Source: an uncultured virus (IMG/VR IMGVR_UViG_3300022753_000059) (Duplodnaviria; Heunggongvirae; Uroviricota; Caudoviricetes). Taken from it: a stretch of 64,000 nt of DNA. A program made the position numbers and the translations under genes. Below are positions 51,202 to 59,215 of this stretch, piece by piece. The stretch's first letter is position 1; each line of letters starts with the position of its first letter. The stretch lies in the IMG/VR virus record IMGVR_UViG_3300022753_000059, one strand, 5' to 3'. The notes below the pieces were generated by a model that was given only the letters and a program-made list of their open reading frames with translations, ran no database searches and was not told where the DNA came from.

Positions 51202-51342
51202 ATGGACAAATCTTATTTGAAAGCAATGATCAACCAGGAAAAAGAGGCTTTGAACAAAGCGATGAACAACAATGCCTCTAAGGAAGTGGTCTCAGCAATA
51301 CAGCGGCGTTTGCGAGCTTTTGAGGAAGATATGAAACTTTAA
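51202..51342 (+). CDS. Small hypothetical protein (46 aa)
   Basis: Manual translation MDKSYLKAMINQE... Confidence 0.45.
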   Translation: MDKSYLKAMINQEKEALNKAMNNNASKEVVSAIQRRLRAFEEDMKL

Positions 51343-51371
51343 TTATTTCTCAACCAAACAAATTGTGTATT

Positions 51372-52253
51372 ATGAACGTAAACGAAATTTTCTTTGCAGT
51401 AAGTGGTTTGACTTCTACTTCTGCCAACCACGTAGCTAACCTTGCAAAAGAGTATGTGCAGAACGTGGAAAGCGATATTAACAATGTGCAGTTCTATAAG
51501 AGCGAGGTCGCTCTGATCGGCACGAGTGATAAAAATCTGATTGAGGACGGTATTTCTGATGAAGCACTGTTGCGCATTCCAGACAAACTCCATGCGATTG
51601 TCAATGCGAAATCATTGATTGCATGGCTCCGAGAGGCTATCAAGGCGCGTACAGCTTTGCTCAATGCGGTCAATTCTATGGATATTTCCGAGTGGGCTGC
51701 TGAGTTCAATATAACGCTTCCAGTCGCTCCAGTCCGTAGAAAGACTCTTACCAAAGAGGATGTCCTGGCAACCATGAATATCAAGGAGCGTAACCGTGTC
51801 TATTCACTGGAAACGCAAGCTGCTGTTATCGGTAAGTATATCCATCCAGACGGCAAGTTTGCCGATGAGCGCAAGGAGTTCGCTGAGAAGCTGCGCAACA
51901 AGCATAGCGTGAAGGGTGAAGGCCGCGACACTCTGTTATATACCTATACCCCGACTGTCTCTGAGGAAACGCTGGAGAACATCTACTTCCAGCTACAGAA
52001 GGAACACCGTAGCATCCAGGCTGAGCTGAACGGAATCCTCCATGAGATTGAGGAGAAGATTCGTGAAGATGAAATGGCCGCAACTTCCGAGCATCTTGAA
52101 GCGCAAACTTCTTACAATGCTGAGTGGAAGGAGCTGAATATCCGCTTCCAGTCCTACAAGGAGAAGGAAGCTAAGCGCATAGCGGATTTGAAGATTGTGA
52201 TTCCAAACAATCTCCAGTCCATCTATGATACTGTAAATTCACTGGGTAAGTAA
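51372..52253 (+). CDS. Helical/coiled-coil hypothetical protein upstream of the structured RNA candidate
   Basis: 293 aa, GLTSTSANHVANLAKE N-terminal motif, heptad-rich C-terminal half. Confidence 0.85.
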   Translation: MNVNEIFFAVSGLTSTSANHVANLAKEYVQNVESDINNVQFYKSEVALIGTSDKNLIEDGISDEALLRIPDKLHAIVNAKSLIAWLREAIKARTALLNAVNSMDISEWAAEFNITLPVAPVRRKTLTKEDVLATMNIKERNRVYSLETQAAVIGKYIHPDGKFADERKEFAEKLRNKHSVKGEGRDTLLYTYTPTVSEETLENIYFQLQKEHRSIQAELNGILHEIEEKIREDEMAATSEHLEAQTSYNAEWKELNIRFQSYKEKEAKRIADLKIVIPNNLQSIYDTVNSLGK

Positions 52254-52258
52254 CCATA

Positions 52259-52500
52259 ATGCTTGTAACTGAGGACTGACCGTATTGACGAGAAACCGAG
52301 GTGAATGTATATGGATAAGCGTTTTTACATATTAATAAAGAATAATATTATTTACAGCAAATGTTACCCGATGGCGAGTCCTAAAGCCTGGGAAGCGAGG
52401 AATCGTGGAGGCTCTGATCTTGCTCTTGTTGCTGTCGGGTAGTTCTCGATATTGCTCTTGTTATTGTTCTTGTAACGCTTTATCCATACGCAACAAGTAT
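52259..52500 (+). ncRNA. Candidate structured ncRNA (~240 nt)
   Basis: Several nested helices with G-U pairs and a GGAA tetraloop fill the intergenic gap. Confidence 0.7.
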
Positions 52501-52517
52501 TTTTAATTTCTACAGCT

Positions 52518-52925
52518 ATGATTATAGATTTAACTTTTGGACAACTTGTGGCAATGTGTAAATATCTTGGTTACACTAAGATGCTTCCAGCCAATGAGGG
52601 TTATATAGACACAGCTAAAAATGAGCTTGTAATGTTTGGCCCGACATGCCCTATTGAGGAAGCAATTCCAGATGATTGTACATTTGAAGTTGTTTCTTTG
52701 GAAGAGGACAAGTGGAAAGTGGTTCCGAAAATGACCAAAGTTCCTACAAAAGCAATTGAGTTTGTTAGAAAAGCATTTTCTTATTTCGGTGAGGAAGCGC
52801 AACTTGTCGCCAATGGAGAGGCCATGACAGACACAGACATCGACTATTGCAAGAAAGGTCTTTCTGCTATGCGCTCTGCGATCGAAGCGTTTCCACAATT
52901 TGCCAAAGATTATGGAAAACAGTGA
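52518..52925 (+). CDS. Hypothetical protein
   Basis: 135-aa ORF. Confidence 0.7.
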   Translation: MIIDLTFGQLVAMCKYLGYTKMLPANEGYIDTAKNELVMFGPTCPIEEAIPDDCTFEVVSLEEDKWKVVPKMTKVPTKAIEFVRKAFSYFGEEAQLVANGEAMTDTDIDYCKKGLSAMRSAIEAFPQFAKDYGKQ

Positions 52926-53286
52926 GAAACGTACCGACCATCCCAACTACGGTACAGTAATCAAGACTCCAGACGGTCGCCTTGTCTGTCATATCTGCGG
53001 ACGAGAGTTCACCAAGCTTGGGTCTCATATCGTCCAGAAGCATGGGATAACCTCCAGAAAGTACAAGCAAATGTTCGGTCTGGAGGTTGGCAAAGGACTG
53101 ATTACGACTGAACATAAACAGCATTTGAGGGATTGTGTAATGCGCAATTACGAAAAGGTTGTAGCTGAGAATCTTATCGAATGTGGTGATTCTACCCGAT
53201 TTACGCCTGGTCATCCTGGACGCACTCGTGAAATGGTATCTGAGCAGACGAGGCGTAAATTGATTCAAAACTGCTTCAAAAAATAA
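52912..53286 (+). CDS. Ros/MucR-like zinc-finger protein
   Basis: LVCHICGREFTKLGSHIVQKHGIT..KYKQMFGL. Confidence 0.7.
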   Translation: MENSEKRTDHPNYGTVIKTPDGRLVCHICGREFTKLGSHIVQKHGITSRKYKQMFGLEVGKGLITTEHKQHLRDCVMRNYEKVVAENLIECGDSTRFTPGHPGRTREMVSEQTRRKLIQNCFKK

Positions 53287-53306
53287 AACATAAAACCAAA
53301 CGAAAC

Positions 53307-54110
53307 ATGGAAGCGTACAAAACAGAAGAATACCGTGGTTATACCATCAACATCTATTATGATGAAGATGCGCAATCACCACGTGAATGGGATAATCTGG
53401 GAACGATTTATTCCAATAGCAGGAGTTATGACCCAGATAATCACAGTATCGAAGAGATATTGAATGATGAGCATACTGGTATGAGCCAGGAGTTCAAAGA
53501 GAATTACATCTGGTTGAAAATCCGTGGCTATCAGCATAGTGGACTGACAATCAGCGTGAGTGGCGGCTATCCATATAATGACCCCTGGGATAGCGGTTTG
53601 TTTGGGGTTATTGCTGTATCGAAAGAAAAGGCGATTAAAGAGTTCGGCAAAAAGATATGTACAAAGAAAGTGCGTGAGAAAGCTTTGAACTGTTTGCGAG
53701 GTGAGGTTGAAACGCTTGATATGTACTATACTGGTGATGTCTATGGTTTTGTAATCGAAGATGAAAATGGCGATGAGGTTGATTCGTGCTGGGGTTACTT
53801 CGGTTCTGAATACATAGACAAAGATTTGATTCCAGAATGCAAAAGTATAATTGATTCCATGCTTGAGAGGCGCGAGAAAGTACATAATGAGCGCATTGAG
53901 ACCGTTAAGGCCAACATTGCAATGCTTGTTGGAAATGTGTTCCCATACGCCAACGAGAGTTTCAGAATATCGCACGACATGTTCGGGTTCCCAGTAATTC
54001 AGAAGGCGACTGTCAATAGAGGGCGGTTGCGAGAAGATTTCTATAAAGATATAAACTTGTCGGCACTCCCAGAGGATGTGCTGGCTAATATGGCAAAATT
54101 AATTGCATGA
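53307..54110 (+). CDS. Hypothetical phage protein
   Basis: 267-aa ORF (SPREWDNLG, DSCWGYFG). Confidence 0.8.
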   Translation: MEAYKTEEYRGYTINIYYDEDAQSPREWDNLGTIYSNSRSYDPDNHSIEEILNDEHTGMSQEFKENYIWLKIRGYQHSGLTISVSGGYPYNDPWDSGLFGVIAVSKEKAIKEFGKKICTKKVREKALNCLRGEVETLDMYYTGDVYGFVIEDENGDEVDSCWGYFGSEYIDKDLIPECKSIIDSMLERREKVHNERIETVKANIAMLVGNVFPYANESFRISHDMFGFPVIQKATVNRGRLREDFYKDINLSALPEDVLANMAKLIA

Positions 54111-54196
54111 GAATTATTACGTTTCGTTTGGCGTTGTGCTGGAGGTGTTCGGCATGATGCCAGCACCTTCCAGTACAACTTTTATTTCTAAAGCGT

Positions 54197-54724
54197 ATGA
54201 AAGAAGATATAACTGCCGCTGAGAAATTGCGGAACATTGCGAATTGGCTTGACTACCAGAACGAGAACTTTAACGACCGTATGACATCCATCCAGATGAT
54301 TGAGCAAGTGTATGACGCTTGTAACGAATGCGACCTTGAGTTTGCCGATGATCTTGACTGGGAGGATGAGGACGATGAGGAGTTCAAGCTGGCGAAGAAA
54401 ATCAACGAGATATTTGGCTATCCATACTACATTCTCCACCAGCCAGATTTCGAGTTCTACATTCCAGAGTGGGCCTTGAATTACATGGTGAATGGTACGT
54501 CCGATAACTTGAATGAAGAAGAGATTGCCGTTGCGGATGCCTGGATGAAAGAGACGTTCCCGAATGGATTCACTATGGAAGTGGATTGGCACAATTGCAA
54601 GGAACTTGATTTCTGGCCAGCTTTCGGAACACGTAATCCGAATGCGCTCACAGATCGTGGCGAGTCGCCATTCCAGGGATGCAAGACGTACAACTGTTTA
54701 TTCTATAATGCCAAACCACAATAA
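54197..54724 (+). CDS. Acidic hypothetical protein
   Basis: 175-aa ORF. Confidence 0.75.
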   Translation: MKEDITAAEKLRNIANWLDYQNENFNDRMTSIQMIEQVYDACNECDLEFADDLDWEDEDDEEFKLAKKINEIFGYPYYILHQPDFEFYIPEWALNYMVNGTSDNLNEEEIAVADAWMKETFPNGFTMEVDWHNCKELDFWPAFGTRNPNALTDRGESPFQGCKTYNCLFYNAKPQ

Positions 54725-54726
54725 CA

Positions 54727-55302
54727 ATGAAGCATAAGGTTTCCATCAAGACGTTCAACAATGGCGTTTTGTCTTTGAGTGAGTTCAAAGATGTAAGGCT
54801 GTCAACTAAAGATGTGGTTGGTATCGTCCTGCAAACTGAAACAATAGGTCTGATTCTGGCACCTCCAGTCTGGAAAGAGCCTTGGGGTGATGATAAGATT
54901 TGCGTTGAAGTGCAAGATGAATACAATTTCATTGATGAAGCGGTTGCACTCTCTGAGTTGAGTGGCCTCCAGCTTACAAAGAACATCATTGAAGCGAACA
55001 AGGACTTTCATGGAATGTTTGCTGCAAAGCGGTGTTTTGAGTATGAACGAGCTGGGCTACAGTGGTATATGCCATGTCTCTATGAGCTTTCCATGCTTGC
55101 GGCCTACAAGAACGAAATCAATGAGGTTCTTGTTAATCTTAGAATGCCAGAAACGCAACTTGGTCAAGAGTGGAACTGGTGCAGTTCTGAATATAAATTC
55201 AACGGTTCCTGGGCTATCAACTTCCTTACTGGAAATTACGGTGTAGGTGGTAAATTCTGTCTTGGTACGGTAAGAGCCGTATCATTTTATGAAAAATTAT
55301 AA
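54727..55302 (+). CDS. C-type-lectin-like (DUF1566-like) protein, paralogue of DGR target 2 with a diverged VR-like segment
   Basis: Shares GIVLQTETIGLILA and GMFAAKRCFEYE.AGLQWY with 55324-56037; ends WCSSEY...VRAVSF. Confidence 0.85.
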   Translation: MKHKVSIKTFNNGVLSLSEFKDVRLSTKDVVGIVLQTETIGLILAPPVWKEPWGDDKICVEVQDEYNFIDEAVALSELSGLQLTKNIIEANKDFHGMFAAKRCFEYERAGLQWYMPCLYELSMLAAYKNEINEVLVNLRMPETQLGQEWNWCSSEYKFNGSWAINFLTGNYGVGGKFCLGTVRAVSFYEKL

Positions 55303-55323
55303 ACATTTTAATATCAATCATTT

Positions 55324-56037
55324 ATGGAACACAAGATTTCAGTTAAGACGTACAATGATGGTATCATGTCCGTCAATGAGTTCAAAAACGCAAACCTTAA
55401 CAAAAAGGAGGTTGCTGGTATCGTACTTCAAACCGAGACAATCGGGCTTATCCTGGCTCTGCCTATCTGGAAAGAAAAGTGGGGCGATGAGGATATTTGT
55501 GTTGACGTGAAAGACGAAGATGATTACATTGGTGAGTCTAAAGCGTTGACCACTCTGTGTGGCCTGGAAGCGACCAAGCGTATCATTGAGGCCCACAAGG
55601 ATTATGAAGGCATGTTTGCAGCGAAGCGTTGCTTCGAGTATGAGTGTGCTGGCCTCCAGTGGTATCTCCCAAGCCTTTACGAGCTGGGTATGCTGAGCGC
55701 ATTCAAGGAGGAAATCAACGCTGTGCTGGATGAGTTGAGCCTTCCAGAAGCAAAGCTGGGTGATGATTGGAGCTGGAGTAGTTCTGAGTACTACCAGACT
55801 ATCGCATGGGGCATCAACTTCTCCAATGGCTACTTCGGCAACTTCTCCTACAGCTACTACAAGTTTTACAGTATCGTAGTTCGGGCGGTGTGCGCATTTG
55901 AGTCACTGCGAGGCGTTCTTTCAACGCCGAGCGAAAAGACAAGTCTTTCCGACCTCACAGATGAGGAGCTGGCCGCTGAGTTCAAGAAGCGTGGCTTTGA
56001 AGGCGAGCTGACCATGAAGAAAACCATTCAGATCTAA
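55324..56037 (+). CDS. DGR target 2: 237-aa C-type-lectin-like (DUF1566-like) protein with an internal VR
   Basis: WYLPSLYEL...WSSSEY...RAVCAF, then 46 more residues; contains VR2. Confidence 0.92.
   Translation: MEHKISVKTYNDGIMSVNEFKNANLNKKEVAGIVLQTETIGLILALPIWKEKWGDEDICVDVKDEDDYIGESKALTTLCGLEATKRIIEAHKDYEGMFAAKRCFEYECAGLQWYLPSLYELGMLSAFKEEINAVLDELSLPEAKLGDDWSWSSSEYYQTIAWGINFSNGYFGNFSYSYYKFYSIVVRAVCAFESLRGVLSTPSEKTSLSDLTDEELAAEFKKRGFEGELTMKKTIQI
55772..55894 (+). repeat. DGR variable repeat 2 (VR2), remote target
   Basis: Matches TR 2787-2897; 9 substitutions outside the AAC run, all at TR adenines; 12-bp in-frame insertion at the AAC run. Confidence 0.95.
55912..55928 (+). promoter_or_regulatory. 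DGR hairpin downstream of VR2 (inside the CDS)
   Basis: GGCGTT-CTTTC-AACGCC, same GTTCTTTCAAC core and spacing as the VR1 hairpin. Confidence 0.85.
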
Positions 56038-56042
56038 CGAGT

Positions 56043-56264
56043 ATGGTACTGAACATCGAAACTCAGAACGTAGAAAGCACCCTGGCACTTGTCCAGGAGT
56101 GCTTTCTTAATCAAAATGTATGCGTCCGTAAGGTCTATGATAAGACTGCGGACTTTGAAATTAAACCCACTCCCGATGCGGAGCCTGGTGAGTTTGTCTA
56201 TGGAGCTGCAAGTTTGCTTGAGCTTGCTGGCGAGATTCCTCTTTCAAGCATACGTATTTACTAA
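56043..56264 (+). CDS. Hypothetical protein
   Basis: ORF in operon. Confidence 0.6.
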   Translation: MVLNIETQNVESTLALVQECFLNQNVCVRKVYDKTADFEIKPTPDAEPGEFVYGAASLLELAGEIPLSSIRIY

Positions 56265-56284
56265 TCCAAATAACCAAACGAAAC

Positions 56285-56710
56285 ATGGAGAAAATACAAG
56301 ACGCAATCAAGCGATTGCACGAAGAAATCAAAAACATAGGCGACTTCTACGATGATAATGAAATCACCGTAATTTTGAAAGATATGGGTGACTTCAATTT
56401 AGAGAAGATTGCCGATGAGTTTGTTGAACACGAGTGGGAGCATCCGATTAGGCGTTGCAGCTGGTGTGGCGATCTTATGGTGGAGGGCTATCTGCTTGGT
56501 GATGATTATGCGTGTTGTGATGAATGCCGTAATGAAATCTATAAGCGTGATTGCGGAGCCACAACAGATGAAGAAGCCTACATTCTTTATCTCAAGGATT
56601 GTTATATGCTGGAGGATGAAGATATTGAAGGCTTGACAAGTGAGCAAATATCAGAAAAATATAATGACTACGATGTTTCAGATGATGTGTTCTGGACATC
56701 CTGGGAATAA
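56285..56710 (+). CDS. Acidic Cys-containing hypothetical protein
   Basis: CSWCG...CCDEC. Confidence 0.7.
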   Translation: MEKIQDAIKRLHEEIKNIGDFYDDNEITVILKDMGDFNLEKIADEFVEHEWEHPIRRCSWCGDLMVEGYLLGDDYACCDECRNEIYKRDCGATTDEEAYILYLKDCYMLEDEDIEGLTSEQISEKYNDYDVSDDVFWTSWE

Positions 56711-56722
56711 ACACCAATAACT

Positions 56723-56950
56723 ATGGCAACATTACAAGTAGGCACCACTTTTCAACAAGCATGGAGGGGTTGCAGTAATCCGATATTATTCAAAGTCCTG
56801 GAATTAGACAGAGACCGTGATTATCTAAAGGTATTATGTACCGATGTCAAAGGTTTGTCTCACGAAGAAGAGTGGGAAGGCCCTGGTGATGGTTTAGCAT
56901 TCACGGAAAATGTCATTGATATGGGCGAGTATAAAATAATTAAACCGTAA
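56723..56950 (+). CDS. Hypothetical protein
   Basis: ORF in operon. Confidence 0.6.
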   Translation: MATLQVGTTFQQAWRGCSNPILFKVLELDRDRDYLKVLCTDVKGLSHEEEWEGPGDGLAFTENVIDMGEYKIIKP

Positions 56951-56954
56951 GACT

Positions 56955-57293
56955 ATGGCACACGAAATCAATTGTCCAGTTTTCAAGCCATTCGAGTGGT
57001 TGACTGGGGAAGAGGGTGAAAATACTTGGCCTATGTTGGAAGATTACTGCGATGATGACGAGTATTATGAGCAGGACGCAATCTTGCGATACTTGTATGA
57101 CAATAATCCAAGAAATCTTCCAGAGAAGTTCCAAAACATGTCTAAAGCGGAGCTTATAAAGTTCTATAAGGACAATGCACCTACCACAATCGCAAATGCC
57201 ATGAAAAAGATGGCAGACGATATTATCAACGGAGAATTAAAAATCAACTTTATTTTTGAAAATTATGAACAAGAACATAAAGATGAAGCGTAA
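56955..57293 (+). CDS. Hypothetical protein
   Basis: ORF in operon. Confidence 0.65.
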   Translation: MAHEINCPVFKPFEWLTGEEGENTWPMLEDYCDDDEYYEQDAILRYLYDNNPRNLPEKFQNMSKAELIKFYKDNAPTTIANAMKKMADDIINGELKINFIFENYEQEHKDEA

Positions 57294-58419
57294 CGTGACA
57301 TTCCGTGACGCTGATATGAACAGCTGGGAAATCAACATCGAGCTGCGTAACGAAGAAGTCAAAAGGCGTAACATTGATACGCTTGAAGAGTACACTTCCA
57401 AGTATGAGGTGTCTGTTAGTGGCACTGGTGGCTACAGTTGTGGTCAATGTGACGAACATATCAATCCGAGAACCGATGGTCAGAAGCGTCTGCTGGAGTT
57501 CTGGAATAAGTACCATCTGAACGGCATGTCTGCTGGCACCAACCGTCAAAACGCCTATATCCGAGGAGAGGAATACGAGAAGGAGTACAACAGTTTCGTG
57601 GAAACCTTCTCTCAGTACAGCGTGAAATTCTGGGATAAGATGGTCGAGAATCTGAGCGACATTCTGATGAAGCACTATAACATCGACATCATTGCAGCCT
57701 TGCGTATGGTAGAGGTGGCTGAGAAGTATATGAATGGCAATCCGTTCAAGTACATTATCGGCATCAAAGACAGTCTTTTCTCACATGGCAACGGAAAGCA
57801 GGATCTCTATGTCGAGTATTTCTTCCTGGCAATGCACGATCTTCTGAATGACCGTGGCTACAGATATGGCTCTGGATGGCTTGGAATCCCCCTCCCAGCT
57901 GACATCGAGAAGCAAATCAACGACATCTGCCAGCAAATCGAGGAAGAGGAGGACGAACTTACCGAATCCCTGGTTCCAGTGTTCAATATGGGTGCCGATG
58001 ATTTTGAGGCAACCGATGAGATTGTGCAGAAGGTTATGGAGTTGCGTGAGTGCGATGAAGAAGAGGCTAAGCGTTTCATTGCTCTTGGAATGCACCTTGG
58101 ATGTACCTTCGGTGACTTGAACGACACATTTGAGGAAGATGATGCCGACAAGTGCCGCTACAATGCTAACGGTATCGAGTATTATATCGGCACCGATGAT
58201 GAGCTTGAGGCCATCGCTGATGATTACATTCATAACGATGGTGACTACGAATACTTCTGGAGGGAGGCGGTTGCGGCCCAAAAGACCACTGACAGCCTTG
58301 AAGATTGGCTGGATGAGGTGCTACGTATGGATGGCTGGGCAAGCATTCTCAATCATTGGAATGGAAGCTCAGACTCCTACATGGTAGCTGGTGAGTGCAT
58401 TGAAGTTTGTAGAACCTAA
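57283..58419 (+). CDS. Acidic hypothetical protein (start 57265 or 57283)
   Basis: About 380-aa ORF. Confidence 0.8.
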   Translation: MKRNVTFRDADMNSWEINIELRNEEVKRRNIDTLEEYTSKYEVSVSGTGGYSCGQCDEHINPRTDGQKRLLEFWNKYHLNGMSAGTNRQNAYIRGEEYEKEYNSFVETFSQYSVKFWDKMVENLSDILMKHYNIDIIAALRMVEVAEKYMNGNPFKYIIGIKDSLFSHGNGKQDLYVEYFFLAMHDLLNDRGYRYGSGWLGIPLPADIEKQINDICQQIEEEEDELTESLVPVFNMGADDFEATDEIVQKVMELRECDEEEAKRFIALGMHLGCTFGDLNDTFEEDDADKCRYNANGIEYYIGTDDELEAIADDYIHNDGDYEYFWREAVAAQKTTDSLEDWLDEVLRMDGWASILNHWNGSSDSYMVAGECIEVCRT

Positions 58420-58433
58420 AGCGCGAGACAACC

Positions 58434-58706
58434 ATGAAAATTGCAGTATTGGATTTTACATGTAACAGCCTTGATACTATTGAGGTTGATAAGTCGTTCA
58501 TTGACGAATTTTATCATGGTGAAGTGGAAGAGTTCCTTGTCGGCTGGTGCGGATATTCAACATCTAACTGCGAATGGATAAGTGATGTCAAGGTGGAGAA
58601 CCTTGGTATGGACTTAAACAGCTTTGGTGGTGATGATGATTTAGAACTTTCCGAGAGCGACAAAGAGAGGTTTAATATCAAAGAGCAAGACAATGAAGTG
58701 CAGTAA
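58434..58706 (+). CDS. Hypothetical protein
   Basis: ORF in operon. Confidence 0.65.
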   Translation: MKIAVLDFTCNSLDTIEVDKSFIDEFYHGEVEEFLVGWCGYSTSNCEWISDVKVENLGMDLNSFGGDDDLELSESDKERFNIKEQDNEVQ

Positions 58707-59055
58707 CTTTTACGAAATCGTGAAGCAAGTGAAGCGACACGAGCAGGAGGAGCTGACTAAGGCTCTGAAAGCATGGGGTGGAGCATTCAATTTTGAGCAA
58801 CACCCAGATACCGACCGCCCTATCATTGCCGTGAACATGGATAACTGTGAACCAGAACCCCAGGATGTCTATGTGAACAGTGTGGCAGTTGATGAGGACG
58901 GTTATATGACTCTCAAGTGTATTGGTAAGCTGGATGGGCAGGATTATGAAGTTGAGCCAGACGATGTGTTCGCTGGTCATCTTGAATACGTAATCTCGTA
59001 CATTCCAGAGACTGACACGGTTAAAGATGTGACTACGCCTTTTGTGCTTAGTTAA
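58693..59055 (+). CDS. Hypothetical protein, distant paralogue of 63270-63842
   Basis: NF.E.V...K..EQ.E...A..A.GG pattern shared with 63270-63842. Confidence 0.7.
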   Translation: MKCSNFYEIVKQVKRHEQEELTKALKAWGGAFNFEQHPDTDRPIIAVNMDNCEPEPQDVYVNSVAVDEDGYMTLKCIGKLDGQDYEVEPDDVFAGHLEYVISYIPETDTVKDVTTPFVLS

Positions 59056-59075
59056 TAAAAATTATTCGCTTTTTG

Positions 59076-59119
59076 AGCCGTGGTTAGCAACTGTGGAAGC
59101 TGGCCACGGCTTTTCTTTT
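59076..59119 (+). terminator. Intrinsic terminator
   Basis: AGCCGTGGTTAGC...GCTGGCCACGGCT followed by TTTCTTTT. Confidence 0.75.
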
Positions 59120-59215
59120 CAAATGTTAAAGTGGACGAATTTTCACACCTTAACACAACCTTTCCACTATTCATATAAAACAACCAATTAATAACAATAA
59201 ACAAAACGAAACGTC

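Noticed and set aside
55168..55288. Third active VR in 54727-55302
   Set aside because: It has many non-adenine differences from TR, no GC-rich IMH-proximal tract and no hairpin; reported only as a decoupled paralogue.
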